DNA of 64,000 bases from Thermoanaerobaculia bacterium (GTDB lineage: Bacteria > Acidobacteriota > Thermoanaerobaculia > UBA5066): NCBI GenBank assembly GCA_963816185.1, contig CAWFJJ010000005.1, forward strand, positions 160,001 to 224,000, written 5' to 3'. This document shows positions 46,225 to 54,645 of the stretch, piece after piece; within the stretch, counting starts at the first letter, position 1; the number at the start of each line of letters is the position of its first letter. The translations under genes and the position numbers were made by a program. The notes under the pieces are model-generated. The model ran no database searches. It was not told the origin of the DNA and saw only the letters and a list, made by a program, of their open reading frames with translations.

Positions 46225-48711
46225 ATGAGGCGCGTGCGTCTGATGAAGGCGACTCCGGAGGGCGATCGGCTACGGCACCGCTACCGCGTCCTCAGGCGCT
46301 TGCTCGCGGCCAACAGCGAAATGCTCGAGCTGATGGGTGACCTCGAGGCCGACCTGGCGCACCTCGACCCGGGCGAGCACGGAATCGGTCAACGCGTACT
46401 GCGCCTCCTCGACGGCTCCCTGCTTCTGGCCGAGAACCTGAACATCCTCACCGACGACGCTCATTGCGCCCTCTATGGAGCGCACGCGGAGATCGAAGAC
46501 TCTGTCCGCTCGATTCTTCGTTCCTTTCCAAATCCGGCCGCGCTCCCCTTCATGGTCTCTCTCGAAGAGGCCGGCGTCGAGAGAGCGCGCGAGGTCGGCG
46601 GCAAGGCGGCGAATCTCGGTTCGTTGCGCGCGGTGATGCCGGACGTCGTTCCCAACGGTTTCATCCTCACCACGGCGGCGTACCGCTTCTTCCTGACCGA
46701 GAACAAGCTCCACGAGCCGATTCGCAACCTTCTCAGGGACCTGAGCCTGATCACGGGGCGCCGCCTTTTCAAGGAGCGCACGGCGGCGATCCGCGCGTTG
46801 ATCGGCGCCAGCCCGGTGCCCTCCCGCGTCGTCGAGGCCCTCGATCGGGGCGTGCGGCTCTTCGGCGAGAGCTTGCCTCCGCGCTGGGCCGTCCGTTCGA
46901 GTGCGGTCGGAGAGGACGGGCCGATGAGCTTTGCCGGGCAGTTCGAGACTGTCCTCGACGTCTCCGTTGATCGGCTCGCTTCGGCGTACCGGACCGTGAT
47001 CGCCAGCCGCTATAGCGACCACGCCGTGCTTTACCGGCTGGCGGGCGGCCTCGTGGAGGTCGATACGCCGATGGCCGTGCTCGTGTTGCCCATGCTCGAC
47101 GCACGCGCCGCCGGCGTGCTCTACACCCGCGACCCGGCGGACGAGTCAGCCGACCGGATGCTGATCGACGCCGTCGCAGGCCTCGCCGACGCGATGGTGC
47201 GCGGCGACGAGGCGGCGTCGAGCGTCTTCGCCTTACGCAACCGGCCCGGTGAGATCGAAACGCGACGCGCCGAGGGCAAGTCCGCAACCGGGGGCTCGGC
47301 CCCCGCCGGCTTCCCGCTCGCATCCCGGGAGATCCGGTCTTTGGTCGAGCTGGGCTTGCAGGTGGAAGCGCACGGGCGAAGGCCCCTGGACATCGAGTGG
47401 GTCCTGACCCGCGAAGGCGCATGGAGGGTCTTGCAGTGCCGGCCTCTGCGCTCGTTCGTGGGCGAGTCGCACCCGGGGCCTCTCCTCGGTGCTCCGGATC
47501 CGGTGGCGACGGGCGGCATGACGATCTTCCCCGGCCGCGCCGTGGGGCCCGCTTATCTCGCGCGCACGGTGGACGACCTCCTGTCGGCGCCCGACGCGGC
47601 CATTCTCATCCTTCCTCAGGCCGGGCCCGAGCTCGCAGCCGTGCTGCCGCGCGCGGCAGGCGTGGTCGCCGAGCAGGGCAATCCGGCCGGCCATGCGGCG
47701 GCGCTCATCCGGGAGTTTGCGGTGCCTTCCCTGTTTGGAGTTCCCGACGCCCAGAGACGCCTCGGTCACTCTTCCAGCCTGAGCCTCGACGCGACTCAAC
47801 GTCTCGTCTTCGAAGGTGCACTGTGGCCGGAGGTCCGCGAGCGAGTCCGCAGCAGAATCCGCCATCTTCCCGCGCGTCGCCTGACGAACCCGCTCGTAGA
47901 GCGCGTGCTCGCGCTGAACTTGACGAACCCCCAGGCCGTCACGTTTCGCGCTCGTGCCTGCCGCTCCGTGCACGACATCGTCCGCTTCACCCACGAGAAA
48001 GCGGTCGCCGCGATGTTCGATCTCACCGACGAGGTGGACCGGCAGGGCCGGCACCGGGTCTTCCGGCTCGAGTCGGCGGTTCCTCTGGATCTTTTCATCC
48101 TCGACCTCGGAGCCGCCATTCCGTCCGAAGCCCAGGAGCGGGCCGCGGTCCGGCCGGACGAGATCGCCTCGCCGCCGTTTCAGGCGCTCTGGCGAGGGAT
48201 GACCCGCCCCGGGACCAGCTGGGCGGGCCGCACCAAGGTCAGCGTGAGCGGTTTTCTGTCCGTGCTCGCGACGTCCATCGCGGATCGACCCGCGGGCGCG
48301 CGCGATCTCGGCGGGCGCAGCTACATCATGGTCGCGCCCGACTACGTCAACCTGAACGCCCGGCTCGCGTACCACTTCGCCATGGTGGACGCCTTCGTCT
48401 CGCCGGCCCCGGAGAACAACTTCGTCAACTTCCGTTTTCGCGGCGGCGCGGCGGGGGCCGACCGGCGCAGTCTGAGGGCGCGGTTCCTGTCCGACGTTCT
48501 CTTGCATTCGGGCTTCGGCGTGGACTGTCGGGGGGATCTGGTGACGGCGTGGCTGCGCCGCCATCCCCGCGCAGCCTCGGAGGAGGGACTCGCCACGCTG
48601 GGCGCCTTGATGGCCTGCGCCCGCCAGCTTGACATGCTCGTTTCCAGCGAGGCGGACGCCCGTCACTTCGCGGAGCGTTTTACGGCCGGCGACTACGGTG
48701 CCTTCGCATGA
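46225..48711 (+). CDS. PEP-synthase/PPDK-like dikinase (PPDK_N + phospho-His domain + non-canonical C-terminal domain)
   Basis: VGGKAANLG, AVRSSAVGED, SFAGQF, DIEW..LQCRPL, GNPAGHAAALIREF. Confidence 0.85.
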   Translation: MRRVRLMKATPEGDRLRHRYRVLRRLLAANSEMLELMGDLEADLAHLDPGEHGIGQRVLRLLDGSLLLAENLNILTDDAHCALYGAHAEIEDSVRSILRSFPNPAALPFMVSLEEAGVERAREVGGKAANLGSLRAVMPDVVPNGFILTTAAYRFFLTENKLHEPIRNLLRDLSLITGRRLFKERTAAIRALIGASPVPSRVVEALDRGVRLFGESLPPRWAVRSSAVGEDGPMSFAGQFETVLDVSVDRLASAYRTVIASRYSDHAVLYRLAGGLVEVDTPMAVLVLPMLDARAAGVLYTRDPADESADRMLIDAVAGLADAMVRGDEAASSVFALRNRPGEIETRRAEGKSATGGSAPAGFPLASREIRSLVELGLQVEAHGRRPLDIEWVLTREGAWRVLQCRPLRSFVGESHPGPLLGAPDPVATGGMTIFPGRAVGPAYLARTVDDLLSAPDAAILILPQAGPELAAVLPRAAGVVAEQGNPAGHAAALIREFAVPSLFGVPDAQRRLGHSSSLSLDATQRLVFEGALWPEVRERVRSRIRHLPARRLTNPLVERVLALNLTNPQAVTFRARACRSVHDIVRFTHEKAVAAMFDLTDEVDRQGRHRVFRLESAVPLDLFILDLGAAIPSEAQERAAVRPDEIASPPFQALWRGMTRPGTSWAGRTKVSVSGFLSVLATSIADRPAGARDLGGRSYIMVAPDYVNLNARLAYHFAMVDAFVSPAPENNFVNFRFRGGAAGADRRSLRARFLSDVLLHSGFGVDCRGDLVTAWLRRHPRAASEEGLATLGALMACARQLDMLVSSEADARHFAERFTAGDYGAFA

Positions 48712-48757
48712 CCCGCGGCGAGAGGTCGGAGAATCGCCGTGATAGCCTGTTTTTGCG

Positions 48758-49429
48758 ATGCGTCCCGACCAAGCCTCCGGCGTCGCGCTCCTGACCCACT
48801 CTCCATCCGGCGAGCCCGAGGGGTTTCATACCGCCATGGCGCATCTGTACCGCGGCGAGATGCAGCGGATGACGGTGTGGCGAAGCCGGCTCGACGCCAC
48901 GAGCAACTGGGCGATCCTCCTGACGACCGGGATGACGACGTTCACGCTCGGTTCCACGGCCATCCCGCACTACATCATGCTGCTGTGCCTGGCTCTTATC
49001 GGGATCTGCATGGTGATCGAGGCGCGCCGTTATCGGCACATGCTCCACAGCAAGTGGCGTCTGCACGTCCTCGAAGCGAACTACTTCGGCCAGCAGATCC
49101 GCCCGAGCGAGCCGGTGCCGGACCCGGAATGGAGGCAACGTCTCGCCGAGGATCTGAGGAAGCCGACCCTCAGGACGAGCTTGCTGATGGCGTTCCGCCT
49201 CCGGCTGCGTCGCAATTACCTGCTTCTCGTCTATTTCATCAGCGCCGTCTGGCTGACCAAGGTCTTCCTCCACCCGGTCGGCGCGAGAGACGTGTACGAG
49301 TTTCACGGGCGGCTCGCCGTGGGCGAGATGATCGCGAGCTGGATCGTCGCCGTGACCGCCGCGCTCTTCGTCGTGACGTGCACGGTGCTCGCAGCGCTGT
49401 CCCCGAGCGAGGAAGCGATGGAAATCTGA
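48758..49429 (+). CDS. DUF2270-like membrane protein
   Basis: AMAHLYRGEM..WRSRLDATSNWA, EARRYR, RLRRNY. Confidence 0.85.
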   Translation: MRPDQASGVALLTHSPSGEPEGFHTAMAHLYRGEMQRMTVWRSRLDATSNWAILLTTGMTTFTLGSTAIPHYIMLLCLALIGICMVIEARRYRHMLHSKWRLHVLEANYFGQQIRPSEPVPDPEWRQRLAEDLRKPTLRTSLLMAFRLRLRRNYLLLVYFISAVWLTKVFLHPVGARDVYEFHGRLAVGEMIASWIVAVTAALFVVTCTVLAALSPSEEAMEI

Positions 49430-49444
49430 GGCGAAGGACGCCGG

Positions 49445-50353
49445 TCAGCGACCCCTCCCTCGCAATCGGCCCTCCTCCGGAGCGACGAGCTTTTCCGGCG
49501 GCGTCTTGACGTCGACGCCAGTGGCCGACGCAATCGTCCAGTCGCCTCCGGACTTCACCATCACCTGCAGGAGGCGCGTTCGGATGACCTTCTCCGCGTC
49601 GACGAAGACCGCCGGGGGGGCCTTGTGAAAACGCGAAACTTCCGCGTCGATCTCCACGATCGCGACGTCCGGCTTGAGGAAGCGAGTCTTCCTCACCTTG
49701 AGGGCGAGGAGGCTGCCCTTGAAGTACGAGGAGAAGAGCTCGGACGTTCGGCGCTCGATCTCGGCGCGGCCTCGAGAGACGGCGCCCAGCACGTCCGTCG
49801 AGGAGCCCTCTTCCTGGAACCGCGCTGCGAAGGCCTTCGCGTCGGCGCGATTCCACGCGTCCTCCTCCGCGTCGACCGCCTTCCGGATCACCGGTTCCTC
49901 GGCGGCCGCGACCGCGTCGGGCAAGAGCACGCCGGGCGGGGAAATCGCGGGGTTTCCTTCGGCCGGCGTCGCGGCAGCAGGCGGCGCGGCGACGGGCGTC
50001 GGCGAGCTTCCACCGGCCGGAGGCTCGTACTCGGAGGAGAGGATCCTGCCGTCGCCCGCGTCGACCATGACCTCTTGAACGCCCCCCTTGTTTTCGAAGC
50101 GCAGGTCGAGCGGCCACGCGAGGCAGCCGTTCACGACCTCGACCCCTGAGGACATGACCGACGCCACCTTCTCCGGCGAGACGGAGGCGATCGCGCGGGC
50201 CTCGGCGTCCCTGGAGGACAGCTTCGCCATGCGCGAGAGGTCCTCCGGTGAGGTCCCCCGAGGCGGGCGAATGGAGCAATCCGGCTTCTGAGCGGCCGCA
50301 AGGGCGGCGGCGAGGGAGAGCAGGCTGGCGGCGGCGAAGAGCGGGCGGCGCAT
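49445..50353 (-). CDS. Secreted protein: PepSY-like domain + SnoaL/NTF2 (SgcJ/EcaC-like) domain
   Basis: Signal peptide; EVMVDAGDGRIL; AWNRADAKAFAARF, GRAEIE, RFLKPDVAIV. Confidence 0.7.
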   Translation of the reverse strand: MRRPLFAAASLLSLAAALAAAQKPDCSIRPPRGTSPEDLSRMAKLSSRDAEARAIASVSPEKVASVMSSGVEVVNGCLAWPLDLRFENKGGVQEVMVDAGDGRILSSEYEPPAGGSSPTPVAAPPAAATPAEGNPAISPPGVLLPDAVAAAEEPVIRKAVDAEEDAWNRADAKAFAARFQEEGSSTDVLGAVSRGRAEIERRTSELFSSYFKGSLLALKVRKTRFLKPDVAIVEIDAEVSRFHKAPPAVFVDAEKVIRTRLLQVMVKSGGDWTIASATGVDVKTPPEKLVAPEEGRLRGRGR

Positions 50354-50425
50354 GAACGCTCCTTCCAACATTATGGGCGCGATTCGCGGCACACGCCTTG
50401 CGGCGAACCCCCGTCGGAGGCGCGC

Positions 50426-50884
50426 TTGAAGAAAAGTGAAAACAGGACGGTCGGGTACTCGGGGCACCGGGTGGGAACCGCGATCGGCGCCGTGAGCGCG
50501 GGGGTCGCCGGCGCGGCGGCAGGTGCGGCGATGGGCGGCTCGCTCGGGGCGGTCGTCGGCGCTGCCGCGGGTGCCGCGGTCGGCGCGGTCGCCGGCAACA
50601 GCTTCACCTCGGAGTTCGATGCCGAGGAGGAAGCGGCCTACTGGAGCGATCAGTATCAGTTCCGCCCGTACTATCGCTCGGGGACGACGTTCGCGGACTA
50701 CGAGCCCGCCTATCGCTACGGATGGGAGAGCGCGCGCCGCCCGGAGTTCAAACGCCGGACGTTCGAGGAGATCGAGGACGAGCTGGCCGCCGAGTGGCGC
50801 CGGGAGCGGAACGCCGTCGCCGACGACTGGAGGCTCTATCGCGAGGCCGTGCGGGACGCCTGGCACCGGATCCGGTACGGGTGA
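50426..50884 (+). CDS. Glycine-zipper protein
   Basis: GxxxG repeats; EEAAYW, YEPAYRYG, AVRDAW. Confidence 0.75.
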   Translation: MKKSENRTVGYSGHRVGTAIGAVSAGVAGAAAGAAMGGSLGAVVGAAAGAAVGAVAGNSFTSEFDAEEEAAYWSDQYQFRPYYRSGTTFADYEPAYRYGWESARRPEFKRRTFEEIEDELAAEWRRERNAVADDWRLYREAVRDAWHRIRYG

Positions 50885-50918
50885 CGCCGCCCCCGCGTTC
50901 TCGTCGTAACCTCGGCAC

Positions 50919-51398
50919 GTGGTGCCGCCTTCCGACGAACGGTTCATGCGCGACGCCCTCGGCTCGGCCCGGAGGGCTCTGGTACACGGGGACGTGCCGG
51001 TCGGCGCTGCCGTGGTGAAGGACGGATTCGTGATCGCGCGCGGGCGGAACGCACGGGAGAGAGACGGCGATCCCACGGCCCACGCCGAGATCGTGGCCAT
51101 CCGGCGCGCGGCGAAGAAGCTCGGCTCATGGCGGCTCTCAGGCTGCACGCTGTATGTCACGCTCGAGCCCTGCGCCATGTGCGCGGGGGCGATGGTCCTC
51201 GCGCGCCTCCCGCGCCTCGTCTACGGAGCGGCGGACCCGAAAGCGGGATTCACCGGATCGCTCGGAGATCTCGTTCGCCATCCCCGGCTCAACCACCGGG
51301 TGGACGTCACGGCGGGCGTCCTCGAGGCAGAATGCGGCAGAATCCTCGTGGAGTTCTTCCGTGACCGACGAGCCGAAAAGCCCCGCACGGCACGCTGA
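50919..51398 (+). CDS. tadA: tRNA adenosine(34) deaminase
   Basis: VPVGA, PTAHAE, TLEPCAMC. Confidence 0.95.
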   Translation: MVPPSDERFMRDALGSARRALVHGDVPVGAAVVKDGFVIARGRNARERDGDPTAHAEIVAIRRAAKKLGSWRLSGCTLYVTLEPCAMCAGAMVLARLPRLVYGAADPKAGFTGSLGDLVRHPRLNHRVDVTAGVLEAECGRILVEFFRDRRAEKPRTAR

Positions 51399-52110
51399 CA
51401 CGCCTTTCGACGCACCCGAGGCGCCCGCCCTGCGCTGCCCGTCGTGCGGTGCGGCGGCCACGGAGGGCGACCGGGCGTGCGGGCACTGCGGCTCGCTCCT
51501 GTCGACACGCCGATGCGCGGTCTGCTTCGCGCTCTCGCCCCGGGATGCCGAGCGTTGCGTGAGATGCGGGGCGCTGCTCCCGGCCGAGGCGCTGAAGCCG
51601 GCCGCAGGCACATGTCCCGACTGCCGGCAGCCGCTCGTCTCGCGGACAGCGGGAGTCGTGGGCTTCTCCGAGTGCGCCCGGTGCGGCGGGCTCTTTCTCG
51701 GACAGGAGGCCTTCGAGGCGGTCGCGAAGGACGCCGACGCGCGTCAAAAGGTCCGCGCGTTCGACGAGATCCCGCGGAAAGGGGCCGAGGCCGAGCCGGG
51801 CTTTCACTACCGCCCGTGCCCCGTGTGCCACAAGCTGATGAACCGGTCGAATTATGGAAGCGGCTCGGGCGTCATCGTGGACGTCTGCGGACCGCACGGC
51901 GTCTTTTTCGACAGAGGCGAGCTCACGCGCATCGTGGATTTCCTCGAGAATGGCGGTTGGGACCGGGTCAAGAAGCGCGAGAAGGAGAGGATGGAAGAGG
52001 AAATCTCCGCCTTGGAAAGCAGGCAGACGGGAGCGCTCGACCTTCGGGCGAGTCCCGGCGGCGGGCTGTCGGAGATCATCGGGTTTCTCGCGTCGATCCG
52101 GAATTCTTGA
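51361..52110 (+). CDS. Multi zinc-ribbon (zf-TFIIB-like) protein
   Basis: Multiple CxxC pairs; YRPCPVCHKLMNR, DVCGPHGVFFDRGEL. Confidence 0.8.
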   Translation: MTDEPKSPARHADTPFDAPEAPALRCPSCGAAATEGDRACGHCGSLLSTRRCAVCFALSPRDAERCVRCGALLPAEALKPAAGTCPDCRQPLVSRTAGVVGFSECARCGGLFLGQEAFEAVAKDADARQKVRAFDEIPRKGAEAEPGFHYRPCPVCHKLMNRSNYGSGSGVIVDVCGPHGVFFDRGELTRIVDFLENGGWDRVKKREKERMEEEISALESRQTGALDLRASPGGGLSEIIGFLASIRNS

Positions 52111-52249
52111 GGTTCCAAGAGACGAGTTCCTCGAAACAAGCGCAGCGCGGCGTCCCTAAACCCTTCTAAGAACTCTTCTCTGAGAACTCGCCTTCTGTCT
52201 TCTTGACGCCCCGGCAGGTTCGGGAGATCCTCCTTTTTCCGCCGTGCGC

Positions 52250-52339
52250 GGACAGGTGTCCGAGTGGTTTAAGGAACACGGTTGGAAGCCGTGCGTAGCC
52301 GAAAGGTTACCGTGGGTTCGAATCCCACCCTGTCCGCCA
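52250..52339 (+). tRNA. tRNA-Ser (anticodon GGA)
   Basis: GGACAGG/CCTGTCC acceptor stem, CACGG-TTGGAAG-CCGTG, long variable arm, GTTCGAATC, CCA. Confidence 0.97.
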
Positions 52340-52428
52340 TCGTTTTACTCCCGGGAGAAAAGATCCGGCACGTCTTTCGCACTCCCCGGCGTGGTGCCCG
52401 TTGGCGGTGCCGGAAAGGGGTCTGTCTG

Positions 52429-52902
52429 ATGAAGAACGCGCTCCGGTCGACCTTCGCCTGCCTTGCCGCCTCTCTCGCCCTCTGCCTCGCCGCGCCGAAC
52501 GCGGCGGCCGCGGGAGGTCCGCTGCTCGAGAAAGAGATCGAGGTCCCGCGTGCAACGCGCATCCCGCTCGACATGACCTGGGAGAAGTGCGCGCTCGTCG
52601 ACGTCGAGACGCAGAACGACCCGTCCGACAAGACGGTCCAGGCGGCGAAGGAGCACGACCCGAAGGACCTCACGTTTCTCCTCGTTCGCTTCCGTTACAA
52701 GAACACGGACTGGATCGACCACCGCGTGCGCCTTCGCGCCGTATTGCTCGACGCCTCGGGAAACGTCGTCGCGGACGCCGGCCGCACAGGCACGATGGAC
52801 AAGGCTCAGACCGACGACACGCTGAGTTTTCCGATGAAGGTGAGGACCGTCGACTGGGCGAACGCCCGGAAGATGAAGGTCACCGCGAGCTTTCTGAAGT
52901 AG
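52429..52902 (+). CDS. Exported hypothetical protein
   Basis: Signal peptide, high-GC3 coding pattern. Confidence 0.75.
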   Translation: MKNALRSTFACLAASLALCLAAPNAAAAGGPLLEKEIEVPRATRIPLDMTWEKCALVDVETQNDPSDKTVQAAKEHDPKDLTFLLVRFRYKNTDWIDHRVRLRAVLLDASGNVVADAGRTGTMDKAQTDDTLSFPMKVRTVDWANARKMKVTASFLK

Positions 52903-52935
52903 CGGACCGTATAATCTGCCGTTCCGATCGGCCGC

Positions 52936-53025
52936 GGTGAGGTGCTGGAGTGGTTGATCAGGACGGTCTCGAAAACCGTTTTACCCGGAAGGGTAACGTG
53001 GGTTCGAATCCCACCCTCACCGCCA
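52936..53025 (+). tRNA. tRNA-Ser (anticodon CGA)
   Basis: GGTGAGG/CCTCACC, ACGGT-CTCGAAA-ACCGT, long variable arm, CCA; TATAAT at 52910. Confidence 0.97.
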
Positions 53026-53032
53026 CTTCGAC

Positions 53033-54631
53033 TCAGCGCGCGGCGAGCTCGGGCTCGAAGAGGCGGTCTCGGTCGGCGATCGCCGCGAAGGCGACGTCGT
53101 CCACGTATCCCGACTCGACCATGCGCGCGAGCCGCCAGAAATCCTCGACGTGCCCGCGGATGCGCGCTTCGGCGTAGTCGCGAGAGACTTCGTTGTCGAT
53201 CAGGAACGGCCAGTCGGACGACTGGAGCAGCAGGGCCTGCCGCTCGAGGGCCGCGAAGAGCGGCGCCGGAATCGCCCCGCGCCGGTCCTCGAACCTTTCC
53301 AGGGCGCGTTCGGCCGCATCCACCTCGCGCCAGTACGGGATCGTGTGGTCGTTCCACCAGACCTGAAAGTCGCCTCCGCGTCCCCACGTGCCGGGCGGCA
53401 GGCGGAGGACGACGGGAGGAGGCGCGGCCGCGAGCGCCTCGGAAGCGGTGCGCGGCACGACACGCTCGCTCCCGGCGAGCCGGGTGAAGACCTCCTCGAG
53501 GAAGTCCACGCCCTCGAACCACCAGTGGCCGAACAGCTCGAAGTCGAACATCGCGACGACGACCGGCGCGTCGCCGTCGGGCAGGGGCGGTGCGCTCTCG
53601 AGCAGCTTGATGAAGTGGTCGGCATGCGACGCGAGGGCGGCGGCGACGGCGCCGCGCTCGTAAGGGAGCTTGTCGGGGAGGTCGAGGTTCGAATCCGTGA
53701 CGCGCCAGTAGCGGTGGCCGCTCGGGGCGCGTTTCTTGTGGAACTCGAGGTAGCGCCCGTCGCCGGGATAGCCGATCTTGCCGGACCACACCTGCTGCGA
53801 AGAGAGCGGGTCTCGCGCGAAGACGCCGACGCGCTCGCCGTGCGCGGCGCGAACCGCGTAGATGCGGTAAGGAGTCCCGCCGCTCGGCGGCAGGTCGACC
53901 TGGCCCCCGTAAGCGGGGACGACCCGCCCGCCCGTGACGAGATGCGTCTCCACGAAGAAATACTTCAAGCCGCGCGCGGCGAGGAAATCCTCGAGACCGC
54001 ATCGATCCTCGACGTGCCCGTCTGCGGGCGAGGTCCACGGTCCGCCCGGCCGGTACGCGCACTCGGGCAACCAGATGCCCCGCGCTTCGCGCCTAAAATG
54101 GCGCCGGTGCGCCGCGAGGCCGGCGTCGAGCTGGCGGTCGATCGCGCGGTCGTTCGGGAGGAGAGGCAGAAACCCGTGCGTGGCCGCCGAGGCGATCATC
54201 TCGAGGGCGCCGCGCTCGGCGAGGGCGTGGAAGGACGGGGTGAGGCCGCCCTCTCGCCCGGCGAAATCCGAACGCAGGCCTTCGTAGAAGGCCGACCAGA
54301 ACCCGGCGACGGACGTGGCCTGGGCGTCGCCGCTTGCGGAGAGCCGTGCCTCGTCCTCCCGGGCCGCGCGCGTGCGCTGCGCGAGATAGTCCTCGAATCC
54401 CCGCGTGAAGCGCTCGTCCGCGAGCTGTTCGGAGAGAACGGGCGTCATCCCGACCGTGGCCTTGAAGGGAATTCCGGCTGCGAGCAGCCGTTCGACCGCG
54501 ATGAGGAACGGTTGGTACGTCTCGGCCGCGGCTTCGTAAAGCCAGTTCGCGCCATGCGGCCACGTGCCGTGTCCGAGCACGTCCGGAATGTGGCCGTGCA
54601 GCACGAGGACGAGCGTCACGGGTGGCCGCAT
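53033..54631 (-). CDS. GH57 1,4-alpha-glucan branching enzyme (DUF1957-type)
   Basis: LHGHIP, ATHGFLPL, GIWLPECAY, FDFELFGHWWFEG, QSSDWPF. Confidence 0.9.
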   Translation of the reverse strand: MRPPVTLVLVLHGHIPDVLGHGTWPHGANWLYEAAAETYQPFLIAVERLLAAGIPFKATVGMTPVLSEQLADERFTRGFEDYLAQRTRAAREDEARLSASGDAQATSVAGFWSAFYEGLRSDFAGREGGLTPSFHALAERGALEMIASAATHGFLPLLPNDRAIDRQLDAGLAAHRRHFRREARGIWLPECAYRPGGPWTSPADGHVEDRCGLEDFLAARGLKYFFVETHLVTGGRVVPAYGGQVDLPPSGGTPYRIYAVRAAHGERVGVFARDPLSSQQVWSGKIGYPGDGRYLEFHKKRAPSGHRYWRVTDSNLDLPDKLPYERGAVAAALASHADHFIKLLESAPPLPDGDAPVVVAMFDFELFGHWWFEGVDFLEEVFTRLAGSERVVPRTASEALAAAPPPVVLRLPPGTWGRGGDFQVWWNDHTIPYWREVDAAERALERFEDRRGAIPAPLFAALERQALLLQSSDWPFLIDNEVSRDYAEARIRGHVEDFWRLARMVESGYVDDVAFAAIADRDRLFEPELAAR

Positions 54632-54645
54632 GAAGGGCCGCGATT

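Noticed and set aside
52250-53025. tRNA-Ser genes as the integration site of the sulfur cluster
   Set aside because: No integrase or duplicated tRNA 3' end seen in the window; tadA-tRNA-ffs-dnaX is ordinary core synteny
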